Under the pieces are notes generated by a model. The model was given only the letters and a program-made list of their open reading frames with translations, was not told the DNA's origin and ran no database searches. Below, piece after piece: positions 51,573 through 60,826 of a DNA stretch of 64,000 nucleotides (position 1 is the stretch's first letter; the number at the start of each line of letters is the position of its first letter). Position numbers and translations under genes: made by a program. Source of the stretch: Escherichia phage teqsoen; the sequence record MN895436.1; one strand, written 5' to 3'.

Positions 51573-53391
51573 ACTGGCTCATCCATTCTTTACGAAGGTC
51601 AGCATTATCTCCCATGAGCATTTCAAAAAGCTCTTTCCAGTTCTCAGGAAGTTTAACAACATCATATACTGGATTTTGAATCATCTCACGATATTCAGAT
51701 TTTTCCAAAGAGCCAAGTCCCTTAATATAACGGATGCTATGTTTAGGTAGAGCATCTTTGGCACTCTCATATTCAGCGACTGTATAAAACCATTCTTGTT
51801 TTTTACCGACCTGAGCGATGATTACAGGAGTTTTGACAAAGCGAATTCTTCCTTGCTCAAACAATTCTGGCCAATTACTAAAAAATCCGAGCAGAGAAGG
51901 ATAAATGCTTCCTAGACCATCATGGTCAGCATCAGTCATAATAGCGATATTATGATAATTCAAGTTTTCAGCTTTTTCACCGAGAACTAATCCAGTTATT
52001 GCGCAAATATCAAATAGTTCTTTGTTTTTAAGCATATCAGCATATGACATACCCCAACTGTTGAGAACTTTACCACGCAATGGATAACCACCATGAAGTT
52101 CTTTATCACGAACATCAATAAGATATCCGATAGCAGAATCGCCCTCAGTTAAGAATAGTGTAGTGTCAGCATCTTTACCACAAAGATTCGCTTTGATGTG
52201 TTTATGAACCTTAGCTTTAGAAGCCTTTTTAGCTGCTTTAGTTTCTGCTGCTTTTTCTGCTGCCAATTTACGGGCCAAGGCAGCTTCAATAATTGGCATC
52301 AAAATAGCTTCATTATTTAGAATAGCGCGTGAAATCTTTTTAGCATCAAGCTGAATATGACTACGAATTTCGCCAAATGGAGAAGTCAAACGCTCTTTAG
52401 TTTGAGAATCAAATCGCATGTTTTTCATATCACGGACAAACATAACGATAGTCAAACATTCTTTGACACGCGCTTTAGTCACATCAATTTTGAACTTACG
52501 TTTGATTTGCGGAATAAGGTCTTCACAAATATCATCCATAACACAGTCAATGTGATGGCCACCATTCTTAGTGTGAATGTTATTCACATAAGTTAATTGG
52601 CGAAATCCATCCGGTGAACGACCAACCGCAATAGAACAATTTTCTTGTTCTTGAACAATAGCATGTTCATCATACTGTCGTGCATATTTCTTAAAATTGC
52701 CCTGAACCTTTTTACCATTAAAGGTAAATTGAATATCAGGATAAACAACAGCAAGTGTCTGGAGACGATCTAGTGTAATGTCAAGATAAACTTGGGACAG
52801 CTCATTAGTTTCAAATGACATAAAATCTGGAATGAAAGTAACACGAGTTCCTTTCCATTTTCCAGGAATAGTTTCCCAGGATTTATTTTCCATGCCATTT
52901 GAACAACGAACTACAATATTATTTTGACCATCGCCAGTTTCACCGACAAACATCACAGAAAAAATGTTAGTTAAACTAGAACCAACACCATTCATACCAC
53001 CGGTGACACGTTCTTTATCATCACCAAAGTTACCACCCGCTTTTGGAATAGTCCAAGCAGCAACTGGACCAGGAATTTCTTCACCGGTAGGTGTTTTAAC
53101 CATCGCTTGTGGAATACCACGACCGTTATCTTCAACTGTTACTTGATTGTTTTTAATAGTAACATTAATTTTATTTGCGAATTTAAACTTAGTACGAATA
53201 CCTTCATCGACTGAGTTATCGATAATTTCATCAATAAGCTTAACAAGACCAGGTACATACTGAACACTTTCCCATTTACCAAACAGAAAGCGCTCATGCA
53301 TTTCATTAGCAGAAGAGCCAATGTACATGCCACTACGCTTTTTGATATGTTCAATATCGCTCAGAATTTTAATTTCATTCTTAATCATCAC
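51571..53391 (-). CDS. 39: DNA topoisomerase II large subunit gp39, unsplit (GyrB-like ATPase plus TOPRIM)
   Basis: 606-aa single ORF; ATPase region and TOPRIM motifs (LTEGDSA, IMTDADHDG); no gene 60 split. Confidence 0.95.
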   Translation of the reverse strand: MMIKNEIKILSDIEHIKKRSGMYIGSSANEMHERFLFGKWESVQYVPGLVKLIDEIIDNSVDEGIRTKFKFANKINVTIKNNQVTVEDNGRGIPQAMVKTPTGEEIPGPVAAWTIPKAGGNFGDDKERVTGGMNGVGSSLTNIFSVMFVGETGDGQNNIVVRCSNGMENKSWETIPGKWKGTRVTFIPDFMSFETNELSQVYLDITLDRLQTLAVVYPDIQFTFNGKKVQGNFKKYARQYDEHAIVQEQENCSIAVGRSPDGFRQLTYVNNIHTKNGGHHIDCVMDDICEDLIPQIKRKFKIDVTKARVKECLTIVMFVRDMKNMRFDSQTKERLTSPFGEIRSHIQLDAKKISRAILNNEAILMPIIEAALARKLAAEKAAETKAAKKASKAKVHKHIKANLCGKDADTTLFLTEGDSAIGYLIDVRDKELHGGYPLRGKVLNSWGMSYADMLKNKELFDICAITGLVLGEKAENLNYHNIAIMTDADHDGLGSIYPSLLGFFSNWPELFEQGRIRFVKTPVIIAQVGKKQEWFYTVAEYESAKDALPKHSIRYIKGLGSLEKSEYREMIQNPVYDVVKLPENWKELFEMLMGDNADLRKEWMSQ

Positions 53392-53457
53392 TTATCCTCG
53401 TTTGGTTTCGGGAATATTATACTCCGGTAATCATAAAGCTAAAGGCCCGAAGGCCTT

Positions 53458-53727
53458 TTATTTAAAACGAATAGTTGAATCCTTAAAGAACAGCCCAGAA
53501 CATACTGTTCCTTCTACTTTCTGCCCGGTAGGTCCAATAGCACGAAATCCAGTATGTTGGAAATCATTTTCAGAGCAACCGAACCAGTTATATCCAGTGA
53601 TTTCAATATTCGTAAAACCACTTGATGATAAAATTTTAGTTGCATTATCAGCATCAGTACATCCTACTAAAGATACTGCTAATACTAATGCTGCGATAGA
53701 ACGATTAATATATTTCATAATTTTCAC
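53458..53727 (-). CDS. Putative lipoprotein (89 aa)
   Basis: Signal peptide and lipobox SLVGC. Confidence 0.55.
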   Translation of the reverse strand: MKIMKYINRSIAALVLAVSLVGCTDADNATKILSSSGFTNIEITGYNWFGCSENDFQHTGFRAIGPTGQKVEGTVCSGLFFKDSTIRFK

Positions 53728-54095
53728 TTAAATTTAATAGCTTGAAGAAGACTAATAATTCTCAAGCGACTTCTTTCATCTTTAACTGTAAAGGAAAGAG
53801 GGTCGCCAGATTTCATGGTAATAGTGCATTCAAAATCAAAATCTTCTGTGACTTCTTCGAAGAAGTCAAATTCTTCAGCATAAATTAGAACATTACTCTG
53901 CATACTGTGAAGAATTTTTCCGTTATTTCCAGACGCTGTACTAATCATCGTAACATTATGACCTTTCATATCTTCAACGATAAATTCGCTTGTAGATATT
54001 ACAGCATTAATAGAACCATTCCTATAAATAGCAGACATTAGATATTTCTTTTCTTCGCCTTCGCGAATACGATATTTCTTACCGATTTTAAACAT
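53724..54095 (-). CDS. Hypothetical protein (123 aa from ATG)
   Basis: Track start is GTG; ATG two codons downstream. Confidence 0.45.
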   Translation of the reverse strand: MFKIGKKYRIREGEEKKYLMSAIYRNGSINAVISTSEFIVEDMKGHNVTMISTASGNNGKILHSMQSNVLIYAEEFDFFEEVTEDFDFECTITMKSGDPLSFTVKDERSRLRIISLLQAIKFK

Positions 54096-54097
54096 AA

Positions 54098-54274
54098 TCA
54101 CCCTTTAAGTAAATCGTAAAAACCACCATTCACATGCTTAGGAGCAGAAGGCCGACGAGTAGACAAACGATGACATTTAGGGCAAACATCATTTTCTCGT
54201 TCAGAAATCTTTTTAATTTTTTCATATTCATGCCCGCAATCTTCGGATTGGCATTTATAATCATACATTGGCAT
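54098..54274 (-). CDS. FmdB-like zinc-ribbon protein (58 aa)
   Basis: MPMYDYKCQSEDCGHEYE...CPKCH with two CxxC pairs; stop overlaps next start. Confidence 0.45.
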   Translation of the reverse strand: MPMYDYKCQSEDCGHEYEKIKKISERENDVCPKCHRLSTRRPSAPKHVNGGFYDLLKG

Positions 54275-54276
54275 AA

Positions 54277-54702
54277 TTATTCCTTAAAATGAGCTTTCAG
54301 CATCTGATACAAGGACCATGCCTGTTCATTATTTTCAATAGTAACTTTCATGACAGGAAATTCTGTGAAATCTTCTATTTGTTCTTGCTCTTGCTCTTCC
54401 TGCTCTTGCTCTTCAGCTGCCTGATATGGATTTTCCACTTCATCAAAGAACTCGGCTTCGTTAGTAGAGAGCCAGATAAAGTTTTCGTCAAGGATATCAC
54501 CATGTGTTGCATATCCAATTGTGCCAGTAAATGACATAATTTTAGTAGGACGACCAAGATGGTCAACATCTAAAATTTTAAAAGGATGCATACCTAAACG
54601 TCGTGCATAAATTCCGTTATCAGTATGGTCTTTAATAAAAGCTTCTTGAGCTTGTTTATTTTTAAATTGATACCATTTATTAACTTCAAATTTAATAGCC
54701 AT
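54277..54702 (-). CDS. Hypothetical acidic protein with (EQ)n tract (141 aa)
   Basis: [12 protein letters not shown] low-complexity acidic segment encoded by imperfect hexanucleotide repeat. Confidence 0.5.
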   Translation of the reverse strand: MAIKFEVNKWYQFKNKQAQEAFIKDHTDNGIYARRLGMHPFKILDVDHLGRPTKIMSFTGTIGYATHGDILDENFIWLSTNEAEFFDEVENPYQAAEEQEQEEQEQEQIEDFTEFPVMKVTIENNEQAWSLYQMLKAHFKE

Positions 54703-54917
54703 TAATAAATTTCCTTCCAGTAAGTTGTGCCATCTTCAGTAATTTCACGAAATACACCGTAAATTGGTTGTTTATCACCAACCTTTTCATACACATAAAC
54801 CGAAGTCAAGTGAGTAAACTTGATGGTGTGTTCCTTTTGAACTACTACCAAATCTGGATCGAATAATACATCTTCAAATTCGTCATTAGTGCAGTTCTGA
54901 ACAATTTTACGTTTCAT
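54702..54917 (-). CDS. Hypothetical protein (71 aa)
   Basis: ORF with 1-nt overlap to downstream gene. Confidence 0.45.
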   Translation of the reverse strand: MKRKIVQNCTNDEFEDVLFDPDLVVVQKEHTIKFTHLTSVYVYEKVGDKQPIYGVFREITEDGTTYWKEIY

Positions 54918-54930
54918 TACAATTTCCTCA

Positions 54931-55200
54931 TTAATTAAACATTGGAGCGATACGTTTCAGAAGAGTAGCAGCACCTTTAGCGAATTTTACATCATGAAAA
55001 ACAGTTTCTTCTTCTGTAACAACTCGAACTTTAATATTTTCACAATCCCAATTTTTACGAACAATCTTCAAAAGCTGCAGTAAATCTTTACATTCAGCAA
55101 TATCGATAACACATCCACGAGAATCTTCCATTATCGCACGATAACCGTAAGCCATACCACAATCATTGAAAGATTGCTCGATGATAATTAAATTTTCCAT
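54931..55200 (-). CDS. Hypothetical protein (89 aa from ATG)
   Basis: Track start TTG; ATG at M5 with GGAGAATAAA SD. Confidence 0.45.
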   Translation of the reverse strand: MENLIIIEQSFNDCGMAYGYRAIMEDSRGCVIDIAECKDLLQLLKIVRKNWDCENIKVRVVTEEETVFHDVKFAKGAATLLKRIAPMFN

Positions 55201-55224
55201 TTTATTCTCCAAGTTGTTTTCTGT

Positions 55225-55267
55225 ATCAGTAGTTGATATTGATATAGTACCATAATCAACTACTGAT
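55225..55267 (-). promoter_or_regulatory. Perfect 13-bp inverted repeat enclosing a promoter -10 element
   Basis: atcagtagttgat / atcaactactgat with 17-nt loop containing tggTACTATA; -35-like TATACA just upstream on minus strand. Confidence 0.45.
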
Positions 55268-55297
55268 GTATATAGTTTTATGAAAAAAATTTAAACT

Positions 55298-55789
55298 TTA
55301 TGCATAGCGAGCTTTGCTGTAGTGTTTAATCCAACTTTCAGGAATGACTTTGTATGTTCCTAAAAATACCGCGTTGTATAACTTAACGCCATCTTCTACC
55401 CATTGATCAGTAATGTATGCACACATAGCGCGAGTACGGTTAACAACACCTTCCTCACCTTCAGTAAATTCAAACTCATAAGGAGCAACGAACTTGATAG
55501 CTTGACCGAGTTTCCACTTAAAGTCTACACCTACATGCGAAGTATCAATCGTTTCAATTCCTTTAGCGGGAACAGCTTTCAAAAACGCAGGCTCAAGAAA
55601 TTTCCATCGAACATAACCAAACTGAGGTTTAGACATTCCATCTTTAGGAATGATACGCACTTTTACTTCAGAATCTTCATCTTTAACACCATGTTTAAGC
55701 TGAATGCTTACGACTTCAACCAATTTTCCTGCTGCTTTAGAACGGGATTTATCAGATACACGAGCAATTTCACCGATATTAATATTCAT
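55298..55789 (-). CDS. motB: MotB-like early protein (163 aa), paralog of 55863-56366
   Basis: Position between 39 and dexA; size near T4 MotB; C-terminal TDQWVEDGV motif shared with adjacent ORF; gene name tentative. Confidence 0.5.
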   Translation of the reverse strand: MNINIGEIARVSDKSRSKAAGKLVEVVSIQLKHGVKDEDSEVKVRIIPKDGMSKPQFGYVRWKFLEPAFLKAVPAKGIETIDTSHVGVDFKWKLGQAIKFVAPYEFEFTEGEEGVVNRTRAMCAYITDQWVEDGVKLYNAVFLGTYKVIPESWIKHYSKARYA

Positions 55790-55833
55790 AATTATCTCTC
55801 ACTTGTTAAAAAGATTTTATACTCCGCAGGACC

Positions 55834-55862
55834 ATTATACTCTGGTCCCAAGAGTTTGTAAA
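55834..55862 (-). promoter_or_regulatory. Early promoter (-35 TTTACA, -10 TATAAT)
   Basis: Minus-strand TTTACA, 17 bp, TATAAT; -10 flanked by ggacc/ggtcc inverted repeat. Confidence 0.5.
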
Positions 55863-56366
55863 CTAGCTTACACGAACATTAATCACTGCGCTGCGAGGAA
55901 CTACAGAGTACTCTCCAGCATGAACTACGTTCAGAAGTTCAACGCCATCTTCAATCCACTGGTCAGTTACCCAACCACCGACCGGATTCGCGAATGGACG
56001 ACGAATGTAAACCGCCTTACACAACAAATCAGTCGGGTCTTCAATTTTTTCAACTGGTGCCACATACATAGAAACTAAATCCATATCAATATGGAATTTT
56101 TCCTGTTCTTCTTTTTCAATTTCTGTCAATAGACTAAAATCTTTTTCATAAATAATAAGCGATGACACCATTCCATAATAGTTTCTAATTTCAATATACA
56201 TCATGCCGATAAGAATTCCGCTATTAACACTAATAACAGTAAAAGGATATCCGCCAGTTAAAGCAAGAAGTTCACAAAACTTATTATGAGATGTATTAGA
56301 CAGTACCGGAAAATTCTTAATTTCATCAAATTTTTTCAATTGATAAACAGCATTATTTTTAATCAT
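55863..56366 (-). CDS. Hypothetical protein (167 aa), paralog of MotB-like ORF
   Basis: C-terminal WVTDQWIEDGVELLNVV...Y.VVP aligns with neighbour. Confidence 0.5.
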   Translation of the reverse strand: MIKNNAVYQLKKFDEIKNFPVLSNTSHNKFCELLALTGGYPFTVISVNSGILIGMMYIEIRNYYGMVSSLIIYEKDFSLLTEIEKEEQEKFHIDMDLVSMYVAPVEKIEDPTDLLCKAVYIRRPFANPVGGWVTDQWIEDGVELLNVVHAGEYSVVPRSAVINVRVS

Positions 56367-56376
56367 AATTTTCTCT

Positions 56377-56889
56377 TTAATCTAAGGTAATAAAGCCTTT
56401 TAATTCGGCATGCGATTTGCGGAACATTACTTGATGTCCGCCAATGATAACTTGGTCATCTGGCACTTCATAAATCGCAATGTACATTCCACGTTCTTTT
56501 AAGTCTTCACGCTCTTCTCGAGTGAACCATCTCATCATATCATATTCGCTAGCGAAAGCAAAATGATATAATGCAATAAACCACAATGGAATATAATTTT
56601 CAATTCGTGAATAATCTTTATTCCATTTAGTTTTAATAACATCATTAGCATTTTCAACTAATAACTTATCATCGTGTGGAATAGGAATACTTTCATGGCT
56701 TTCATAATTATCGCTATGATGATGAAATGACGATGAATTAATACCGCAAAATTTTAGCCAAGTTCGAGTTTTCATAGAATCAAATCCACGATAAGGAGTT
56801 GATTGAACGCATAACTCTTGCCTAATTTTGACTATACCACTATCATCATTTAATGCGCTAAACGATGATTCAACACGATAAATTTTCAT
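56377..56889 (-). CDS. Hypothetical protein (170 aa from SD-associated ATG)
   Basis: Track ORF trimmed to M14 with GAGGATAATAAA SD; promoter 56917-56945. Confidence 0.5.
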   Translation of the reverse strand: MKIYRVESSFSALNDDSGIVKIRQELCVQSTPYRGFDSMKTRTWLKFCGINSSSFHHHSDNYESHESIPIPHDDKLLVENANDVIKTKWNKDYSRIENYIPLWFIALYHFAFASEYDMMRWFTREEREDLKERGMYIAIYEVPDDQVIIGGHQVMFRKSHAELKGFITLD

Positions 56890-56916
56890 TTTATTATCCT
56901 CAGTAGCTATGGTGTT

Positions 56917-56945
56917 ATAATACCACAACTAACCGAGGAAGTAAA
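56917..56945 (-). promoter_or_regulatory. Early promoter (-35 TTTACT, -10 TATTAT)
   Basis: Minus-strand TTTACT, 17 bp, TGGTATTAT. Confidence 0.5.
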
Positions 56946-56952
56946 CAACTTT

Positions 56953-57636
56953 TTATCGTTTTGTTGGAAGAGACAGAGGATCGCAATCTTCCTCTGACGG
57001 AGCATCTTCAAGACCCATAGCGTATCGCAAAGCATACTTCATCATCAGGATGTCTTTCGCACAGTCATGAATAGAATCATGTGCAACGAATCCATCTAAA
57101 GTTCCCTTTGGAAGAGGACACGTGGTCATATCACGAACAAGCAGAAGTGCTTCAATTCTGGTACGAATATCACGCTGATTCCAGAATTTACATGGTTCTA
57201 ACTTAAATGTATCAAGCTCATTCTCGGAAACGCCATTAAGACGTTGAATATCGCGAATGAGATCGACTAAAATTGGAAAATCAAACGACATTCCACGGCA
57301 CCAGCCTTGAGATTTCCAAGGATCGATATTATGTGCATTGATGTAATCGTTGAATTTTGCAATACCATCAATGGTGCTTACATCTTCATCGGATGATGCA
57401 ATATTTTTTCGAGCTTCAGGAGACTGATTTTTCCACCATTCGATAGTGCTTTTAGTAAAAAGACGATGTCCTTTTTGGCTTTTTAAATCAAATTTGATTT
57501 TAATGCCACGTGAAACTAGTTCATCGAATGATTCAACTACTTCTGGGTTAGGGTCAAAAGCAATTACAGCCAAATCAATAACAGCTGCTTTTTCACCGCT
57601 TCCCATTGTTTCAAAATCTATAATAAAATCAAACAT
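56953..57636 (-). CDS. dexA: Exonuclease A (DEDD 3'-5' exonuclease)
   Basis: 227 aa; N-terminal FIIDFETMG exonuclease motif. Confidence 0.9.
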   Translation of the reverse strand: MFDFIIDFETMGSGEKAAVIDLAVIAFDPNPEVVESFDELVSRGIKIKFDLKSQKGHRLFTKSTIEWWKNQSPEARKNIASSDEDVSTIDGIAKFNDYINAHNIDPWKSQGWCRGMSFDFPILVDLIRDIQRLNGVSENELDTFKLEPCKFWNQRDIRTRIEALLLVRDMTTCPLPKGTLDGFVAHDSIHDCAKDILMMKYALRYAMGLEDAPSEEDCDPLSLPTKR

Positions 57637-57893
57637 TAAATTTTCCTCGCTAAATCACGAATTTGGCCTACAGTATAGTCTTGAATATAAACTTTATTAA
57701 TAGGCTCATCAATAAATTTTGCCATAGATTCAATATCTTTTTGTATCTCTTCAAGACTGTATACTATCTTTAAAGCTTTTTCGCGAATAGTAACATTATC
57801 AGGTCCTGAATTTTCTTGAATGACAGCTTTAACATTTGCCATAAGAGATTTAAACTGGTACCAACTTAATTCAATCATTAATAATCGCCTCAT
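57636..57893 (-). CDS. Hypothetical protein (85 aa), paralog of next ORF
   Basis: Shares LEEIQKDIES / DYTVGQI motifs with 57871-58131. Confidence 0.45.
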   Translation of the reverse strand: MRRLLMIELSWYQFKSLMANVKAVIQENSGPDNVTIREKALKIVYSLEEIQKDIESMAKFIDEPINKVYIQDYTVGQIRDLARKI

Positions 57894-58131
57894 AAAGATA
57901 GCTAATTTCGCCTAAAACGTAATCATTGATTGTAACAGTTTTCACTTCACCACAAAAGAATTCTAACGCAATTAAATCTCGTTCAATTTCTTCTAATTGA
58001 AGCATCAACTTACTAGATTCAATTTTTACAGTTTCACGATTTTTACCATGAGCAATTTCATAAATTTCGCTAACTTTATCCTGAAGAAGATAAAACTGAT
58101 CTTTAGTTATTTCCACGAATAGCTTCCTCAA
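57871..58131 (-). CDS. Hypothetical protein (86 aa), paralog of previous ORF
   Basis: LEEIERDLIA / DYVLGEI motifs. Confidence 0.45.
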   Translation of the reverse strand: MRKLFVEITKDQFYLLQDKVSEIYEIAHGKNRETVKIESSKLMLQLEEIERDLIALEFFCGEVKTVTINDYVLGEISYLYEAIIND

Positions 58132-58363
58132 ATTTAATTAGTAATTTACAGACACTTTCATCTAGTGTAATTACCGTATCTGTATTACTGTGATATGATT
58201 GTTTTTCAATTCGTTTAATTGCTAATATAGTATCACTTATAAGATAAAGCTTATGAAGGAGCTCAGCTCCTGTTACCATAACATTAAGATTATCTTGCTT
58301 ATTAGTATGCTTCCTTATACCATCTATTAGACGATTTAAATATTTTGAATTGATGTTAATCAT
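58103..58363 (-). CDS. Hypothetical protein (86 aa)
   Basis: ORF downstream of dda. Confidence 0.45.
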   Translation of the reverse strand: MININSKYLNRLIDGIRKHTNKQDNLNVMVTGAELLHKLYLISDTILAIKRIEKQSYHSNTDTVITLDESVCKLLIKFEEAIRGNN

Positions 58364-58369
58364 ATAACC

Positions 58370-59689
58370 TCACACATAAAACACATCATAACGACCACGG
58401 GTAACACCAACATAAAGAAGTTGTTGGGCCAATTCAGCATCTGCATAATGAATACAAGGCGTATAAATGAAAGCACGGTCTACAGACATACCCTGAGCTT
58501 TATGGAATGTTGATGCAGGAAGTGCTTTCACTTTACTAAACTGTGATTTAGCATCCCAAAAATCACTCCACGGAGCTTTTCCGCCTTTGTTCCAATTTTT
58601 ATAAGTTTCTGCAGTTTTACCTAAAAATAGGTTAAACTTATATAGCTCTTCATCAGATGAAATTATTTTAATCTTTTCACGATAATATTCATCATCGCCG
58701 TAAGTTTCTACTGTTAAATCCCAATGACGAATTAAGTATTCTCCAGGAACACCACGGGCTTTAACAAACGTTGATGTATACTCTGCTTCTATAATACGAA
58801 CTAATTGTCCGTTATTAAAAATAATTTCTGACACAGGCTTTCCATCAATTTTATATGTTTTAATTAATGGTTCCTGCATTACAATAATTTCACCTACAAT
58901 AAAATCTTTATCAGTTTCAAAAATCTTTTTACGAATAATGCTATTTAACTTGTCAACAGATTTATTCGTAAATGCCATTACGCGATTTTCAAACAAATCA
59001 TCTAGAGATTTGACGATTGAAAAATAATTTACCATAAAATCGCGTAAAGCGGTATCACCTGTAAATCCACGTACTCCATGCCCGTCAACAACTTTATCAT
59101 AAATCCACTTACCGTTACGAACATCAGTAGCTACATCAATAATAGGAGCATTACTGCGTTTAACTTCAGTAAGTTCACACTGATAAAAATCTTTGTGTGT
59201 AAAGAATGGACTGATATAAGCAGTATTTTCTCCTGGGTCAACAGGTCTAATTTGCTTATTATCGCCTATTCCAATTATAGTACACCACGGTGGGATAGTT
59301 GAAAGCAAAATTTTGAAGAGCTTTCTATCATACATTGACACTTCGTCGCAGATTAATACCCTGCATTTAGCTAAATCTGGTACTTCTTTTTGTTCAAAAA
59401 GAACGTTTTCTTCATACGTAACTGGGTTAATTTTAAGAATACTGTGAATAGTACTCGCTTCTTTCCCCGACAGTTTTGAAAGAATCTTTTTAGCTGCATG
59501 AGTAGGAGCTGCCAAAATGATACCAGTTTCACCCATAGATATTAAAGCTTCAATGATGAATTTTGTAAGAGTAGTCTTACCAGTACCAGCAGGTCCATTA
59601 ATAGTTACATGATGTTTCTTTTCTTTAATAGCCCTCATAACGATGTTAAAGGCATTTTTCTGGCCTTCTGTCAAATCATCAAATGTCAT
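58370..59689 (-). CDS. dda: Dda DNA helicase (SF1)
   Basis: 439 aa; Walker A GPAGTGKTT; T4 Dda length. Confidence 0.95.
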   Translation of the reverse strand: MTFDDLTEGQKNAFNIVMRAIKEKKHHVTINGPAGTGKTTLTKFIIEALISMGETGIILAAPTHAAKKILSKLSGKEASTIHSILKINPVTYEENVLFEQKEVPDLAKCRVLICDEVSMYDRKLFKILLSTIPPWCTIIGIGDNKQIRPVDPGENTAYISPFFTHKDFYQCELTEVKRSNAPIIDVATDVRNGKWIYDKVVDGHGVRGFTGDTALRDFMVNYFSIVKSLDDLFENRVMAFTNKSVDKLNSIIRKKIFETDKDFIVGEIIVMQEPLIKTYKIDGKPVSEIIFNNGQLVRIIEAEYTSTFVKARGVPGEYLIRHWDLTVETYGDDEYYREKIKIISSDEELYKFNLFLGKTAETYKNWNKGGKAPWSDFWDAKSQFSKVKALPASTFHKAQGMSVDRAFIYTPCIHYADAELAQQLLYVGVTRGRYDVFYV

Positions 59690-59997
59690 CGGAAAGTCCC
59701 TGCAATTGGAATACTAACAATACGCCCAGTATCTAGAATTCGTTGATATAATCTTTGTGTATCTACATCAGGCTTAACATGTTTAACTTCTATTTTATTA
59801 AACCAAAACTTGCGTGGAGTCTCAACTAGTCTTGGAATTCCCATACCTAAAGCTAGTTTATATTGGTCTTTGAGAGTAGTAAAAACTCTATCAGCAATCT
59901 CTCTTTCAAAAAATACAGCAGGACGATGTTCATCAAGTGGAACTGGCGCAGTAAATCCATCTTTGTCTCGGTAAACTATCGCATATACATAAACCAT
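59686..59997 (-). CDS. Hypothetical protein (103 aa)
   Basis: ORF with 4-nt overlap to dda. Confidence 0.5.
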   Translation of the reverse strand: MVYVYAIVYRDKDGFTAPVPLDEHRPAVFFEREIADRVFTTLKDQYKLALGMGIPRLVETPRKFWFNKIEVKHVKPDVDTQRLYQRILDTGRIVSIPIAGTFR

Positions 59998-59998
59998 A

Positions 59999-60745
59999 TT
60001 ATCCTCGGATAAGTTTAAAAATTGAACAATTTAGCGGGTATCCTCTTTTCAGTTTAAGTTTATCAATAAAAGACAAGTTTTGATACCGCTCTACACCTTG
60101 AATAATTTTATCACACATATCATATTGCATTTCTGCTTCTGACAACTTTTTCACAATTTTCCAATCCGAGCCTTTAAGAAGAACGTTCAGTTTAACAACT
60201 TCAGCGCCTTCTGCTATGCGAGAACCATCAATACGAGCTTTAAGTGCTATAATCCTTAGCTTAATGTCAGAGGTCTGTTTTGATTTAGAAAGCTGAGAAA
60301 TGTGTTCAATTCGGTTTTCACGTTTTTTCTGTATAGCTTTAATTTGATTATAAGTCTTTTTGATTTTAGCCCATTTCTTTTCATCTAAATTTAGTTTATG
60401 AACTTTTTTCGCAGATGAACGACCAATTCGCAAAGCAAATAAATCACGCTTTTCAATCAACTCTTCTAAAGTGTAATCAGAACGAAATGTATTATACTTT
60501 TTCTTTACTGCAATAACATTCCCTTTAATGTATCCAACGTTATTATCAAAACGTTCTAATGATAATTTCTCTCCTTCAATACGATTATCAAAAGGTTCTC
60601 CCGAGTAAGCACAAACTTTTTGATCTAAAATGTTCTTAATGTAATTGAAGTCTAAGTTAAAATCTTTAGAACGTCTTTTTGCAGATGCCTGAGTATGCTC
60701 TAAACGACGTTTAATTTTACGAATTTGATTATTAGACAGCTTCAT
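59999..60745 (-). CDS. srd: Srd-like protein (248 aa)
   Basis: Position between dda and modA as in T4; basic, coiled-coil-rich; assignment by synteny and size only. Confidence 0.5.
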   Translation of the reverse strand: MKLSNNQIRKIKRRLEHTQASAKRRSKDFNLDFNYIKNILDQKVCAYSGEPFDNRIEGEKLSLERFDNNVGYIKGNVIAVKKKYNTFRSDYTLEELIEKRDLFALRIGRSSAKKVHKLNLDEKKWAKIKKTYNQIKAIQKKRENRIEHISQLSKSKQTSDIKLRIIALKARIDGSRIAEGAEVVKLNVLLKGSDWKIVKKLSEAEMQYDMCDKIIQGVERYQNLSFIDKLKLKRGYPLNCSIFKLIRG

Positions 60746-60781
60746 ATTTTTCTCACATCTTACGGACGGTTAACTACTTAT

Positions 60782-60810
60782 ACTATAACATTTTTACCTT
60801 AACTTGTAAA
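60782..60810 (-). promoter_or_regulatory. Early promoter for srd (-35 TTTACA, -10 TATAGT)
   Basis: Minus-strand TTTACA, 17 bp, TATAGT. Confidence 0.5.
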
Positions 60811-60826
60811 CAACTTTATGTAAAAA

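Noticed and set aside
51571-53391. Gene 60 translational bypass element
   Set aside because: Topoisomerase large subunit is a single unsplit ORF; no separate gene 60 or take-off/landing codon arrangement seen.
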